Shown here in pieces: positions 1 to 9,443 of a stretch of DNA of 64,000 nt. A program made the translations under genes and the position numbers. The notes below the pieces were generated by a model. It made no database searches. It saw only the letters and a program-made list of their open reading frames with translations, and was not told the origin of the DNA. Every line of letters starts with the position of its first letter. The stretch's first letter is position 1. The DNA comes from an uncultured Pseudomonadales bacterium (GTDB lineage Bacteria > Patescibacteriota > Microgenomatia > UBA1400 > CAYXSR01), in NCBI GenBank assembly GCA_964430265.1, contig CAYSEI010000001.1:61574-125573 (forward strand), given 5' to 3'.

Positions 1-1179
1 TTCAGACAATTCAGACATACCAACTAAAGAAACAATCCTTTCAAGTTTCTGTGCTTCCTGTAGTGTTTTTTTTGTTTTGATATATACTTCATAATGTTTT
101 TCTCCAGCAATGTCTGGTGTTAATGCAGAGGAAGTTGAATTTAACAAGTCAACTGCTGGAAGCCTACCTGTTTTATAGATATTTCTTGAGAGGACAAGAG
201 TTGTATCCAAATAGGGAAAGGTAGTTTGTACACTCTGGTCAGTAATATCATCAGAGGGTAGATAAACAGCTTCAATAGTAGTGATATCTGCTTTGTTAGT
301 TGAAGAAAGTCTTTGGTGCAGGTGGCCAATTTCTGAAGGTAGAGTAGGTTGGTAACCTCCTTCAGAAGGGATCATGTTCATTAATGTTGAAAGTTCATAT
401 CCTGCCTGTGCAAAGCGGAACACATTATCCATAAAAAAGAAAACATCTGTTTCTAAATGATCACGGAAATATTCTGCAATAGCTGCACCAGCAGAACCCG
501 TTCTAAACCTCACAGCCGGATTTTCACCCATTTGTCCAACAACTAAGCTAGTGTTTTGCATTACTTTTGCTTGTTTTAGCCTTTGGTGAAGCTCTTTTGC
601 CTCTCTAGAGCGCTCACCAACTGCGCTGAAAACAGATATAGTGTTATTTTTACTTTTGCTTTTGCTTTCCTGACGTATTACCAAGTTATTGATAAGCTCT
701 GTTAACAAAACAGTTTTTCCTAGGCCAGCTCCGCCAAAAAGCCCAAGCTTGCCGCCACGAAGTAGGGGAGCAAAAAAATCAATTGCCTTAATACCAGTTT
801 CAATTATTTCTTCCGGAGGTGCTATTTCCTGTAAGTGCAGTGTGTTTGCTGAAGCAACAGGATAATTATCTTCAGTTTCTAAAGGTTTTTCATCAAGCGG
901 TTTGCCAAAGATGTCAATTACTCTTCCCAGTACTTTTTGACCAACTGGTATTGTTAATTTTTCTTTTGTATTTATAATTGTTGTTCCTCTAATAAGTTTG
1001 TTTGAATTTGAAAGAATTAAACAGTCAATTGAGTTTTTGTCAGGGACAGAATAGACTTCCATTTTTACTTCAGGATTTTCCTGCATAACCAAAATATCTC
1101 CGATTTCCGGAAGTTTTTCCAAAAACTGGATTCTGGCAATTTGGCTGTTAACAGCCAATACTTTTCCTGTATTTTGCAT
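1..1179 (-). CDS. atpD: F1 ATPase beta subunit (partial, runs off the window start)
   Basis: Translated by hand (not in the ORF track) from ATG at 1179: MQNTGKVLAV..., Walker A GGAGLGKT, catalytic GERSRE, GQMGENP, FMDNVFRF, GYQPTL, ...GMSELSE. Confidence 0.95.
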   Translation of the reverse strand, partial: MQNTGKVLAVNSQIARIQFLEKLPEIGDILVMQENPEVKMEVYSVPDKNSIDCLILSNSNKLIRGTTIINTKEKLTIPVGQKVLGRVIDIFGKPLDEKPLETEDNYPVASANTLHLQEIAPPEEIIETGIKAIDFFAPLLRGGKLGLFGGAGLGKTVLLTELINNLVIRQESKSKSKNNTISVFSAVGERSREAKELHQRLKQAKVMQNTSLVVGQMGENPAVRFRTGSAGAAIAEYFRDHLETDVFFFMDNVFRFAQAGYELSTLMNMIPSEGGYQPTLPSEIGHLHQRLSSTNKADITTIEAVYLPSDDITDQSVQTTFPYLDTTLVLSRNIYKTGRLPAVDLLNSTSSALTPDIAGEKHYEVYIKTKKTLQEAQKLERIVSLVGMSELSE

Positions 1180-1181
1180 AT

Positions 1182-2063
1182 TTATCTCCATAAGCTCATA
1201 CCTGCTAAACGTTCCTGTCTTTTTTTAGTTTTTTCACGCTGTTTTAAAACTTTTCTTTTTCTTTCTAATTTTTTCAGGCGTTGTTCTATTGCATCTGATG
1301 CGTTTTCTAAAGTAGTAATTCTTGATCCCAGATTACCTAGCCGGGATTCATAAATTGTCTGGACAAAAAGTATTGCTGATATCTGTTTTTCAAAAAAAGC
1401 TAATATTTCCTCAAAATCAGGTTCAAACCAGTAGCTTTCTTTTTTTTCAATCTTTTCCTGGTCTTCCTGAACAAGCATTTGATCAGCAGTAATGTCTGTG
1501 TGTACAGCTTTTTGTTTGACAAGGGATTCAAACTTGGCATTAAAAACCTGTACTTTAGCATAAACATTTACATGCTCTATTAATTGTTTAAATCTTTTAT
1601 CATCTATACTAGATTCGTCAATGTCAAAAAAGCGGAATTCCTTATTAAATTCAGGGTTTTGTTCAACTATTTCTTTACCGATCTTGCCAACAACTGCAGC
1701 ATCAGTTTTTTTATTTTTTTGCAAATATGCGTAAAAATTCTGAAAAACCTGTTGTACAATACCGCCGGAGAATCTTTTTGCCGGGCTTAAAAATATTGCC
1801 AGCTCCTGTCCGTGGTTTTTAAACCGGGAGACCTGGGCTTTTTTCTTTTTTCTTTTTTTAAGCTCTTTTAAAAGTTTTTTGTAATAGGAGGCCTGTACAT
1901 CTGTTGACAACTCATGCAAACCTTCTGTGTATGGACGCGCTTTTAAAACTGAGTCACGGGTTTTTTGGATACGCATAACTGATATTTCTTTATAGGCTCT
2001 AACTAAAGAACCTAAAGTTGCCACTGCTTGAGAATCTGCTGTTATTTGTTTTAGTGTTGACAT
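1182..2063 (-). CDS. atpG: F1 ATPase gamma subunit, divergent
   Basis: Lies between alpha and beta. N-terminal coiled helix and C-terminal ESRLGNLGSRITTLENA...RQERLAG resemble gamma (SEHAARMxAMxxA...RQ). Confidence 0.85.
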   Translation of the reverse strand: MSTLKQITADSQAVATLGSLVRAYKEISVMRIQKTRDSVLKARPYTEGLHELSTDVQASYYKKLLKELKKRKKKKAQVSRFKNHGQELAIFLSPAKRFSGGIVQQVFQNFYAYLQKNKKTDAAVVGKIGKEIVEQNPEFNKEFRFFDIDESSIDDKRFKQLIEHVNVYAKVQVFNAKFESLVKQKAVHTDITADQMLVQEDQEKIEKKESYWFEPDFEEILAFFEKQISAILFVQTIYESRLGNLGSRITTLENASDAIEQRLKKLERKRKVLKQREKTKKRQERLAGMSLWR

Positions 2064-3481
2064 AATTTTTTAAATGCTTTGTCTAATTTTTTAATTTTTT
2101 CTCTATATTCTTCCCATTTTTTAAGTTCAGCTAGTTTGTCTAATCGCTGTTTTAAACTACTATCTTTTGCATAATGATTAATTATATTTTCCCTGCAATT
2201 ATGGATATTTTCTGTGTTTTCAAAAAAGTTGTTTTGTACTAAAGCAACAATAGCTAATTGAACAGATAATGGCACAACTTCCAAAGTTGCTTGAGAAAGC
2301 ATTTCCCTTAACATTTCTCCCTGCTCAAGTATTTTTCTTGTTTTAGGATTCAACTCTGCGCCAAAATGAGAGAGCTGGTCAATTTTTTGGTATTGGTTCA
2401 TAAAAGCATTTAATTTTTGATTGGCATTGCGTGCCAGCGTTGTTTGGGTTTGTTTACCGATTCTTGTTACTGAAAGGAAAGTATTAATGGCTGGCTGATT
2501 GCCCTGTAAGAAAAGGTTGTAGTCAAATAGTAAGTGGCCGTCAGTTATTGAAATCAGGTTTGAAACAATAAAATCGGTTAAATCATTTTCCGTTGTTTCT
2601 GCAACTGGGAAGCAGGTTATACTACCATTTTGAAAATTACCCGCACGTTCCAGTAAACGTGCGTGTGTGTAAAATATATCTCCGGGATATGAATCTCTTC
2701 CAGGGAATTGTTTTGATAAAAGTGCAGTCTCTCTATAAAATTTTGCATGAGTGCTTAAATCATCTAAAAAAACTAGAACCTCTCTGTTTTGATCGCGGAA
2801 ATATTCAGCCAAAGCCATGGCACTAAAAGGTGTTAAAGATATTAAGCTTGTTGGGTCCTGGGTATTAGTGGCAACAATAATTGTTTGATCAGCAAAACGT
2901 TTCTGGGATAATATTTTATATAACTGCTTAATCTCAGTAATTTTTTTTCCGATTAAAGCATAGACAATAATTGTGTCTTTATCTGACTGTGCTTCTGCAG
3001 CATTTAAAAGAAAGGAAGTTTTGCCTGTTTTACGGTCACCGATAATCAATTCACGCTGTCCTTTGGCAATCGGCAGCATTAAATCAACAATGCTTACTCC
3101 AGTCACAAGCTGTTCTGATTTTGTTTTTCTTGTTTTTAGAGTAGGTGGGCGCAGGTCAATTGTTCTTTTTATATTTTTCTCGATATCTGTTTCTTGAAAA
3201 AGGTTGTTTCCTAAAGGGTCAATGGTTTGTCCGAGAATTTGCTCGGAAAAAGAGATGGTCAGAGTATCTTGGTAGTGGAAGCATTTACTGTTAATTCTTG
3301 GCGCCTGAGAGTCTAGTAGCAGTATCTGGGCACTGTTTTGATTAAATGAAAGCACTTGTCCTTTCTGCTTTTTTTCAAATTCAACCAGTTCACCTACACG
3401 AAGATTGGGCAGGCCTTCAATTTCAACTAAAGAATGTTCAACTTTGTTTACAATGCCGAATTCTTTTATTTGGTTATTCAT
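2051..3481 (-). CDS. atpA: F1 ATPase alpha subunit, N-terminally shortened
   Basis: GQRELIIGDRKTGKT, DDLSTHA, PGRDSYPGDIFYTHARLLERA, NLISITDGH, Arg finger SVTRIG. Confidence 0.95.
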   Translation of the reverse strand: MNNQIKEFGIVNKVEHSLVEIEGLPNLRVGELVEFEKKQKGQVLSFNQNSAQILLLDSQAPRINSKCFHYQDTLTISFSEQILGQTIDPLGNNLFQETDIEKNIKRTIDLRPPTLKTRKTKSEQLVTGVSIVDLMLPIAKGQRELIIGDRKTGKTSFLLNAAEAQSDKDTIIVYALIGKKITEIKQLYKILSQKRFADQTIIVATNTQDPTSLISLTPFSAMALAEYFRDQNREVLVFLDDLSTHAKFYRETALLSKQFPGRDSYPGDIFYTHARLLERAGNFQNGSITCFPVAETTENDLTDFIVSNLISITDGHLLFDYNLFLQGNQPAINTFLSVTRIGKQTQTTLARNANQKLNAFMNQYQKIDQLSHFGAELNPKTRKILEQGEMLREMLSQATLEVVPLSVQLAIVALVQNNFFENTENIHNCRENIINHYAKDSSLKQRLDKLAELKKWEEYREKIKKLDKAFKKLCQH

Positions 3482-3839
3482 ATTTTTTAAATTCTTTTTT
3501 TAATGTTAAATCATATTTTTTGCCCAAAAACTCCAGAATACATCCAGGGCAAATATTCTCAGCGTATTCAATTTGTAAAAACAGTTTTTTGTCTAGTTTT
3601 TTTCTTAGCAAACTCACTAATTCTTGTTCTTGATTATCAGTAGGGGAATATGCCAAAAATAGCTTTGCAATTGGCAGCTGCAGTATTTTGTCAATTAATT
3701 GCTGGTATTGTTTGGCTTTATCGGTTTGTTTTGTTTTAGGGTCTTGATAAAGCTTGTTAATTTTGTTTTGCAATTGTCTGATTATTAAGTTGCGCTGATT
3801 TATGCTGGCAGCTTGTTTTAAAACCTGGTCAAGATCCAT
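3474..3839 (-). CDS. ATP synthase delta/OSCP-like protein (mainly the C-terminal domain)
   Basis: Directly upstream of atpA. C-terminal ICPGCILEFLGKKYDLTLK resembles delta IxGGxxIxxGxxxxDxSL. Confidence 0.6.
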   Translation of the reverse strand: MDLDQVLKQAASINQRNLIIRQLQNKINKLYQDPKTKQTDKAKQYQQLIDKILQLPIAKLFLAYSPTDNQEQELVSLLRKKLDKKLFLQIEYAENICPGCILEFLGKKYDLTLKKEFKKYE

Positions 3840-4335
3840 TTTTCTTTTCTCCTAGATGTTTGTTAAGTAACTGTAAAACTAGTTTGTGCTGGTTGTCTGG
3901 TGAAATCTGTTGTTGGAGTTTTTTTCTTGCTACCTGAATGGCAATTGCATCAGCATGTTCATCAATTTCATGGATTTTATCTTTTTTTATTTTTCTTAAT
4001 TGCTGTTCCAATTCTTTTTGAAAAGCAGCAGAGATTTTTTCAATTGTTTTGGGTAAGAGTTCCTTGTTTTCTTGGATATATTTAACGATATTTTCTTTTT
4101 GGGTTTGCAAAATTTCCTGGTGGAGTTTTTTTGTTTCCTCTTTTATTTTCTCAACTTCTTCTTGAACTTTCTTTTGTATTTGCTCTTTTTTCTTTGCTTT
4201 TATTTTTTCTGCGTCTTTTTTTAAATCAACTAGTTGTTTCTTCTTTTGTTTGATTTTTTTCCAGGCTGAAAATATGAGTATTTCAAGGACAACAATCTGA
4301 AAAACTAAAATATTTATTAATATCAAACTATTCAT
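3829..4335 (-). CDS. ATP synthase subunit b-like peripheral stalk protein
   Basis: One N-terminal TM helix, long K/E/Q coiled coil, C-terminal AIQVARKKL...DNQHKLV as in subunit b; expected operon position. Confidence 0.65.
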   Translation of the reverse strand: MNSLILINILVFQIVVLEILIFSAWKKIKQKKKQLVDLKKDAEKIKAKKKEQIQKKVQEEVEKIKEETKKLHQEILQTQKENIVKYIQENKELLPKTIEKISAAFQKELEQQLRKIKKDKIHEIDEHADAIAIQVARKKLQQQISPDNQHKLVLQLLNKHLGEKKNGS

Positions 4336-4356
4336 TTTTTCCTTTAACTTTTTTAA

Positions 4357-5151
4357 TTAAGGTAAATAAACAATAATATAGGCAGCACCAAGTCCAGCAC
4401 CAACTATTACAAGGTTAATGATCAGATTGAAAATCATGCTAAAAATTATTGAGTTTTTAGATAAAGGATTACGCGCAACTCCTTCAACTCCGTTGCGCAC
4501 TACTTTGCCAAAAGTAAAAAAACTAAAGGAAATACAGCTTAAAACAACCAATCCTGCAATAGTATGGCGAAGGATTTCCTTTGGCTCCTCAATTGCTGCA
4601 ATTGTGCTTAAACTGACCATGTTTAAAAGCCGTTGGCTGATTACTTCTGAGGCAGGAGAATCTTCTCCGTAAGTGAACTTTATGTTTAAGTATACGGGGA
4701 TAGTTGTAGTTTCTTCTTTGCTTTGCAGTGTGTGGTTAGCTTGGGCTGTTCCCAGGGTAAACCCAGTTTTAGTTGCCTTCATTCCAATACCGGTAACACT
4801 TGAGCTGGTAATTCGGTCACCTTTTTCAATTGGCCCGTTTTCTCCAGAAATTAGAACAGGAACCGTTCCTTCAGCCATAACTGGATAGGTTTTTCCTGAT
4901 CCATTGCCGCTGTTTATTTCCAAAGCGGGTTTTTCAACTACCACGCCCATCATATTTTTATCATATGCTTCCTGGCTAAGGAAGTTTTGCGATTCATCTG
5001 CAGAAACAATTGAACCGTATCTGATATTGTCTCCCTGAATTTCCAAGCGGTGGGCAACACCCAGACCTTCATTTGCCGCATGTACAAAGTTTAAAGAAGC
5101 AAAAATAATTGCTAGAGCAATTAATATGGTAGAGGGCAGAGCTTTTTTCAT
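4357..5151 (-). CDS. Signal peptide + extracellular beta domain + C-terminal subunit c-like TM hairpin (ARNP loop) lacking the acidic ion-binding residue
   Basis: FGKVVRNGVEGVARNPLSKNSIIFSMIFNLIINL aligns with the c-subunit loop region; first gene of the atp-like operon. Confidence 0.6.
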   Translation of the reverse strand: MKKALPSTILIALAIIFASLNFVHAANEGLGVAHRLEIQGDNIRYGSIVSADESQNFLSQEAYDKNMMGVVVEKPALEINSGNGSGKTYPVMAEGTVPVLISGENGPIEKGDRITSSSVTGIGMKATKTGFTLGTAQANHTLQSKEETTTIPVYLNIKFTYGEDSPASEVISQRLLNMVSLSTIAAIEEPKEILRHTIAGLVVLSCISFSFFTFGKVVRNGVEGVARNPLSKNSIIFSMIFNLIINLVIVGAGLGAAYIIVYLP

Positions 5152-5247
5152 GCTATTTTATATATTAACGTACAAAACCATAATTGTACAAGTTAAATTG
5201 GGTAAATTCTTCTTTACTATCTTTACTGGGATGAATATAATAAATTT

Positions 5248-8200
5248 ATGCGACAACACCTGCCTAAAATAATTGGAGCATTAACAGCTTTTGTGTTTAG
5301 TGCTGCTATCGGGGCTTTCAGTTTCCACATTATACCTGTTTTTAAACAAAGCTATTTAAAAGAAAAACCTCAAGTTGCTGAAAACAATCCTGTTGCTGAA
5401 TCCAGCGGTAGAGTTTTGGCAGCTGAAGACATACAGAACTCACCTAAGTTAAGCATTAACCTGCCAGCTTTTTTTTCTGATACTACTGAATTTCAGGAGG
5501 AAACAACTTTTACCAAAAAAGTTAATTTACAGGATGAAGTTGAGGGGAGTGGAGTAAGGTTGAACCTGGATGATGCAAGCGAGGTTGTCAGCGGCAGTGT
5601 TACAACAGGCACATTGACGGCTGAAAACATTATTTACTCAATTACTGTTGGTGAAGGCTTGTCTATTACTGAAGGGCAGGAGCCTGTGATTACTAACCTG
5701 GATAAAGGCAGTGATCAAAGCATATACAGCACTTTTAAAGTAAACGGAAGTTCTGTTACTGCAGGTTCAAATGAAGATGTTTTTGAGCTTGTTGAAGGTG
5801 ACAACATGAGCTTGTCATTGGACAGTGGTAGTAAAAAAGTTACCTTTAGCTCTTCAGCGCCTTTAATTTGGACATCCAGTGGAGACAACATCTACTACAA
5901 CAGTGGCAATGTAGGAATAAAAAATATAGATCCGCAGACTGCCCTGGATGTAACAGGAACAATAACTGCAGAAGGTTTAAAACTGACAGACGGAGCACAA
6001 GCTGGATATTATTTAAAAACTGACGTTTCGGGCAATGCTTCCTGGGTGAAGATTGGAAGCGAAGATGCACCATGGAGCTTGGATGGATCAACAGTAACTC
6101 TTGATGAATTAAACTACAATGTTGGGATTGGAACCACTAACCCCAATGCTCAGGTTAACATTGTAGCTAATAGTACAGACCAGCAGCAATTAGTTTTGCA
6201 AGGAGTGGCTGGGCAAACTGCAAATGCACTTGAAATACACGATGAGGATGGGAACGCAAATATATCTTTTGACAAGGAGGGTAATGCAAATTTTGCTGGT
6301 ACAATCACTCAGGAAGGATTTGCTCTATCCGGTAACGGTCTTAATTTTACTGGTGATGCAACTAGTGTTTCCTTGGATGCTTCTACACCTGAGCCGGATA
6401 ATCTTTTTAATAACGGCCTTTTGGAAGATGATCTGTCTGAATGGAATTATACAAAAACCAAAAAAGAAAAATTTTCCAATAATACCCTGGAAACAAATTT
6501 GGATAGCTGGGAAACAAATGGAACTCAGGCAAGCGCCTGGTATGGCAGCAGCTGGGAATACCGTAAAAAGATTACTTTTAATAATTCAGACCAGACAGAA
6601 GATTTGTCTGAGTTTCCTGTTTTAATTAAATTGGAGGAAGGCGTAAATATTGCTTATGACAAAATAGCAGCAAATGGAGCAGATATTAGATTTACTGATT
6701 CGGACGGAACAACAGAGTTATCTTATGAAATAGAAGAATGGAATGAGGGTGCCACTAGTTATGTCTGGGTTGAAGTGCCGCAAATAGATGGTGCCTCAGA
6801 TACTGACTATATTTACATGTACTACGGTAATGATGCTGCCTCTAATGGAGAAGATGCAGACGGGGTTTGGAATGCCAATTATGTAGGTGTCTGGCATTTA
6901 AAAGAAGATCCTAGTGGTGCTGAACCACAGATTCAGGATAGTACCGGTAACAACAATGACGGAAGTTCAAGAGGTAGTATGACAAGTGAAGATCAAATGG
7001 AGGGGGAAATAAACGGTAGTATTGATTTTGCTGGGGACGATGATTATCTTACTTTTGGTACAGAAACAGCAAACTTTGATACAGCAGACCCTTTTACATT
7101 TGAAGGCTGGGTAAAAATTGATGCAAGCTCTAACCAGGCAATAATATCAAAAAAGCGTGTTGGAGGTACTCATAATGGTTATAACTTGAATTATGATGGA
7201 AATAATAAGAAGTTCTATTTTCAGTTGGCCAGAGATGATTATTGGAATGCAGAAATTTATGTTAGAGGTTCAACAGAGGTATCTGCAGGGACAGATACTT
7301 GGTATTATGTAGTGGGAACATATGATGGTTCAGGTACTGCAGCAGGCACACAAATATTTGTAAATGGAGACGGGGAGACAGAAGAAATTGTAATTGATGC
7401 AATGACAGGAAGTTTTTCACCTACTTCGTATAATTTTCAGATAAGCGGTCGTTCAGGAGGAAGTTTGCTTTTTGACGGACAAATTGATGAAGTCAGAGTC
7501 TCAAATAATGCACGCTCAGCAGACTGGATTGCTGCCACATACAAGAGTGTGAAAAATACTTTTGTTTCTTACGGGGATGAACAAAGTGCAGGAAGTGGGC
7601 TTGTAATGCATGAAACAGATACAACATATGATTCTAGTTCTGGTTCAGTGGTTATTAATGCAACCGGTGATAACACAAATCTCAGACAAGCAATAAATCT
7701 TATAAGTACAGAAACATTTAACTTGGAAGCTTATGCATATACTGACGGCAGTGAAGTAACTGCTGATGATGTTCAGTTGTATTACAATGATGCAGCAATT
7801 ATTACATCATACACGAATATGGGTTCCGGATGGTACAAGTTGAGTGCGGAGGTTACTGGTGCTAATGCAGACCGGACAGTAGGAGCTTTAGTTAAGCATA
7901 ATGCGCAGGTATATTTGGACAGTTTCAGCTTACAAATCAGTGATACAAGCAACAAAGTAGTGCACGAGACAACTACAACTTATGGTTCTTCATCTGGATC
8001 AGGATTGATTGATGCAATTGGATTGGAGGATTTGGAGTTTAACCAAGAGATTACTGTAGCTGTTAACGGTACACACACTTTTAGTGTTTATGTGTACAAT
8101 AATACGCCCGGGACAATCGGGGGAACAGTGGATAGTTCAGTGGTAGAGCTTAATCATGAAGGATCAAATATTTCTAATATTTCATATACAGATCAGGGAA

Positions 8201-9390
8201 ATGGTTGGTGGAAGGTAGAAGGTTCAAAATCACTTACCACAGGCAGTAATACGTTTGGGGTGAATGTAAAAACAGATAAATCAGTATATATTGATAATCT
8301 GCAGGTGGTGGCAGGCAGGGGAGAGACAAAAACAATTACTATACAGAATACAGGCTCTGGTTTAGCCAAGCTAGTTGTTGAGTCAACAACAACTTTAAAT
8401 ACGGGGTTGGATTCGGAAAATGCTTTGGTTTTAAAAGGAGTGGAAAACCAGCAGGCTGATCTGATGCAGTGGAAGGATTATGAAAACAATATTCTGGGAG
8501 TTATTGATCAAGATGGCAACCTGGGTGTGGGAACTTCGGATCCTGGGTATAAGCTGCAAGTTGGTGAAGCAGGAGACGGAACAGTAGCACGGGCAAATGC
8601 CTGGGAAACTCTTTCTGATGCCAGTTTGAAAACAAACATTGATCAAATATTAGATCCTTTGGGGAAGATTGATGAAATGAGGGGAGTAAGATTTGATTGG
8701 GTATCTACACAAGAAAGTTCAATTGGTTTTATTGCCCAAGAATTAGAAAAAGTGATGCCCGAGGTGGTATCCACGGGAGAAGATGGATATAAATCAATTA
8801 ACTATCAGGTACTAACTGCATTATTAACGGAAGGAATTAAACAGCAACAGCAGGAAATTGAATTTATACAGAAACATTTAGGGTTAAAAACTGATTTTGT
8901 CGTATCATCAACAAGTAATTATAGTGATTTGAATGCAACCAGTTCAGCACAGCTTGATAAATTGATTGTGACTGACCTGGGAGTAACCGGAGAGATAACT
9001 AACGGAGTTGTTAATATAGACGGCTTAGACGGTGAGATAAATGCATTGGGAAGCACACTTAGACTGCAAAGCTTACCCGGTGCGGGCAGTTTGGATGTTT
9101 TTAAGGGAAAAATAGTTTTAAATCCCAATGGTGATATTGAAATAACTGAGGGGGTTTTAAAAGCAAACGATTCAATGCGCGGTAAAGTTGAATTAGAGGA
9201 GGATGTTGAAGGCAACAAAATAGAAGTTGAAAAAGAATGGGAAGAATCTCCTGTAAGTATTAATCTTACTCCGAGCTGGGATACCAATGTTTGGGTGACT
9301 GAATTAAACAAAAACGGGTTTGTAATCAACTTTTCCAAACTTCCTGAAAATGCAGAAGAGAAGCAAATATACTGGACAGCCATCTGGTAA
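5248..9390 (+). CDS. Giant membrane-anchored fibre/adhesin: GNVGIG repeats, DUF2341, LamG, carbohydrate-binding-like domains, S74 intramolecular chaperone
   Basis: N-terminal TM; GNVGIKN/NVGIGTTNP/GNLGVGT repeats; WEYRKKI...DIRFTDSDG...YEIE (DUF2341); FDGQIDEVRVS (LamG); SDASLK...GFIAQELE...INY (S74). Confidence 0.8.
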   Translation: MRQHLPKIIGALTAFVFSAAIGAFSFHIIPVFKQSYLKEKPQVAENNPVAESSGRVLAAEDIQNSPKLSINLPAFFSDTTEFQEETTFTKKVNLQDEVEGSGVRLNLDDASEVVSGSVTTGTLTAENIIYSITVGEGLSITEGQEPVITNLDKGSDQSIYSTFKVNGSSVTAGSNEDVFELVEGDNMSLSLDSGSKKVTFSSSAPLIWTSSGDNIYYNSGNVGIKNIDPQTALDVTGTITAEGLKLTDGAQAGYYLKTDVSGNASWVKIGSEDAPWSLDGSTVTLDELNYNVGIGTTNPNAQVNIVANSTDQQQLVLQGVAGQTANALEIHDEDGNANISFDKEGNANFAGTITQEGFALSGNGLNFTGDATSVSLDASTPEPDNLFNNGLLEDDLSEWNYTKTKKEKFSNNTLETNLDSWETNGTQASAWYGSSWEYRKKITFNNSDQTEDLSEFPVLIKLEEGVNIAYDKIAANGADIRFTDSDGTTELSYEIEEWNEGATSYVWVEVPQIDGASDTDYIYMYYGNDAASNGEDADGVWNANYVGVWHLKEDPSGAEPQIQDSTGNNNDGSSRGSMTSEDQMEGEINGSIDFAGDDDYLTFGTETANFDTADPFTFEGWVKIDASSNQAIISKKRVGGTHNGYNLNYDGNNKKFYFQLARDDYWNAEIYVRGSTEVSAGTDTWYYVVGTYDGSGTAAGTQIFVNGDGETEEIVIDAMTGSFSPTSYNFQISGRSGGSLLFDGQIDEVRVSNNARSADWIAATYKSVKNTFVSYGDEQSAGSGLVMHETDTTYDSSSGSVVINATGDNTNLRQAINLISTETFNLEAYAYTDGSEVTADDVQLYYNDAAIITSYTNMGSGWYKLSAEVTGANADRTVGALVKHNAQVYLDSFSLQISDTSNKVVHETTTTYGSSSGSGLIDAIGLEDLEFNQEITVAVNGTHTFSVYVYNNTPGTIGGTVDSSVVELNHEGSNISNISYTDQGNGWWKVEGSKSLTTGSNTFGVNVKTDKSVYIDNLQVVAGRGETKTITIQNTGSGLAKLVVESTTTLNTGLDSENALVLKGVENQQADLMQWKDYENNILGVIDQDGNLGVGTSDPGYKLQVGEAGDGTVARANAWETLSDASLKTNIDQILDPLGKIDEMRGVRFDWVSTQESSIGFIAQELEKVMPEVVSTGEDGYKSINYQVLTALLTEGIKQQQQEIEFIQKHLGLKTDFVVSSTSNYSDLNATSSAQLDKLIVTDLGVTGEITNGVVNIDGLDGEINALGSTLRLQSLPGAGSLDVFKGKIVLNPNGDIEITEGVLKANDSMRGKVELEEDVEGNKIEVEKEWEESPVSINLTPSWDTNVWVTELNKNGFVINFSKLPENAEEKQIYWTAIW

Positions 9391-9443
9391 TTACTTCAAT
9401 TACCTAAAATTGAAAAAAGTAATCATTGATATATAATGAATTT

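Noticed and set aside
8919-9383. Long antisense ORFs (also 12972-13580, 36114-36749, 55098-55628)
   Set aside because: They lie fully opposite well-supported genes and show no motifs of their own.
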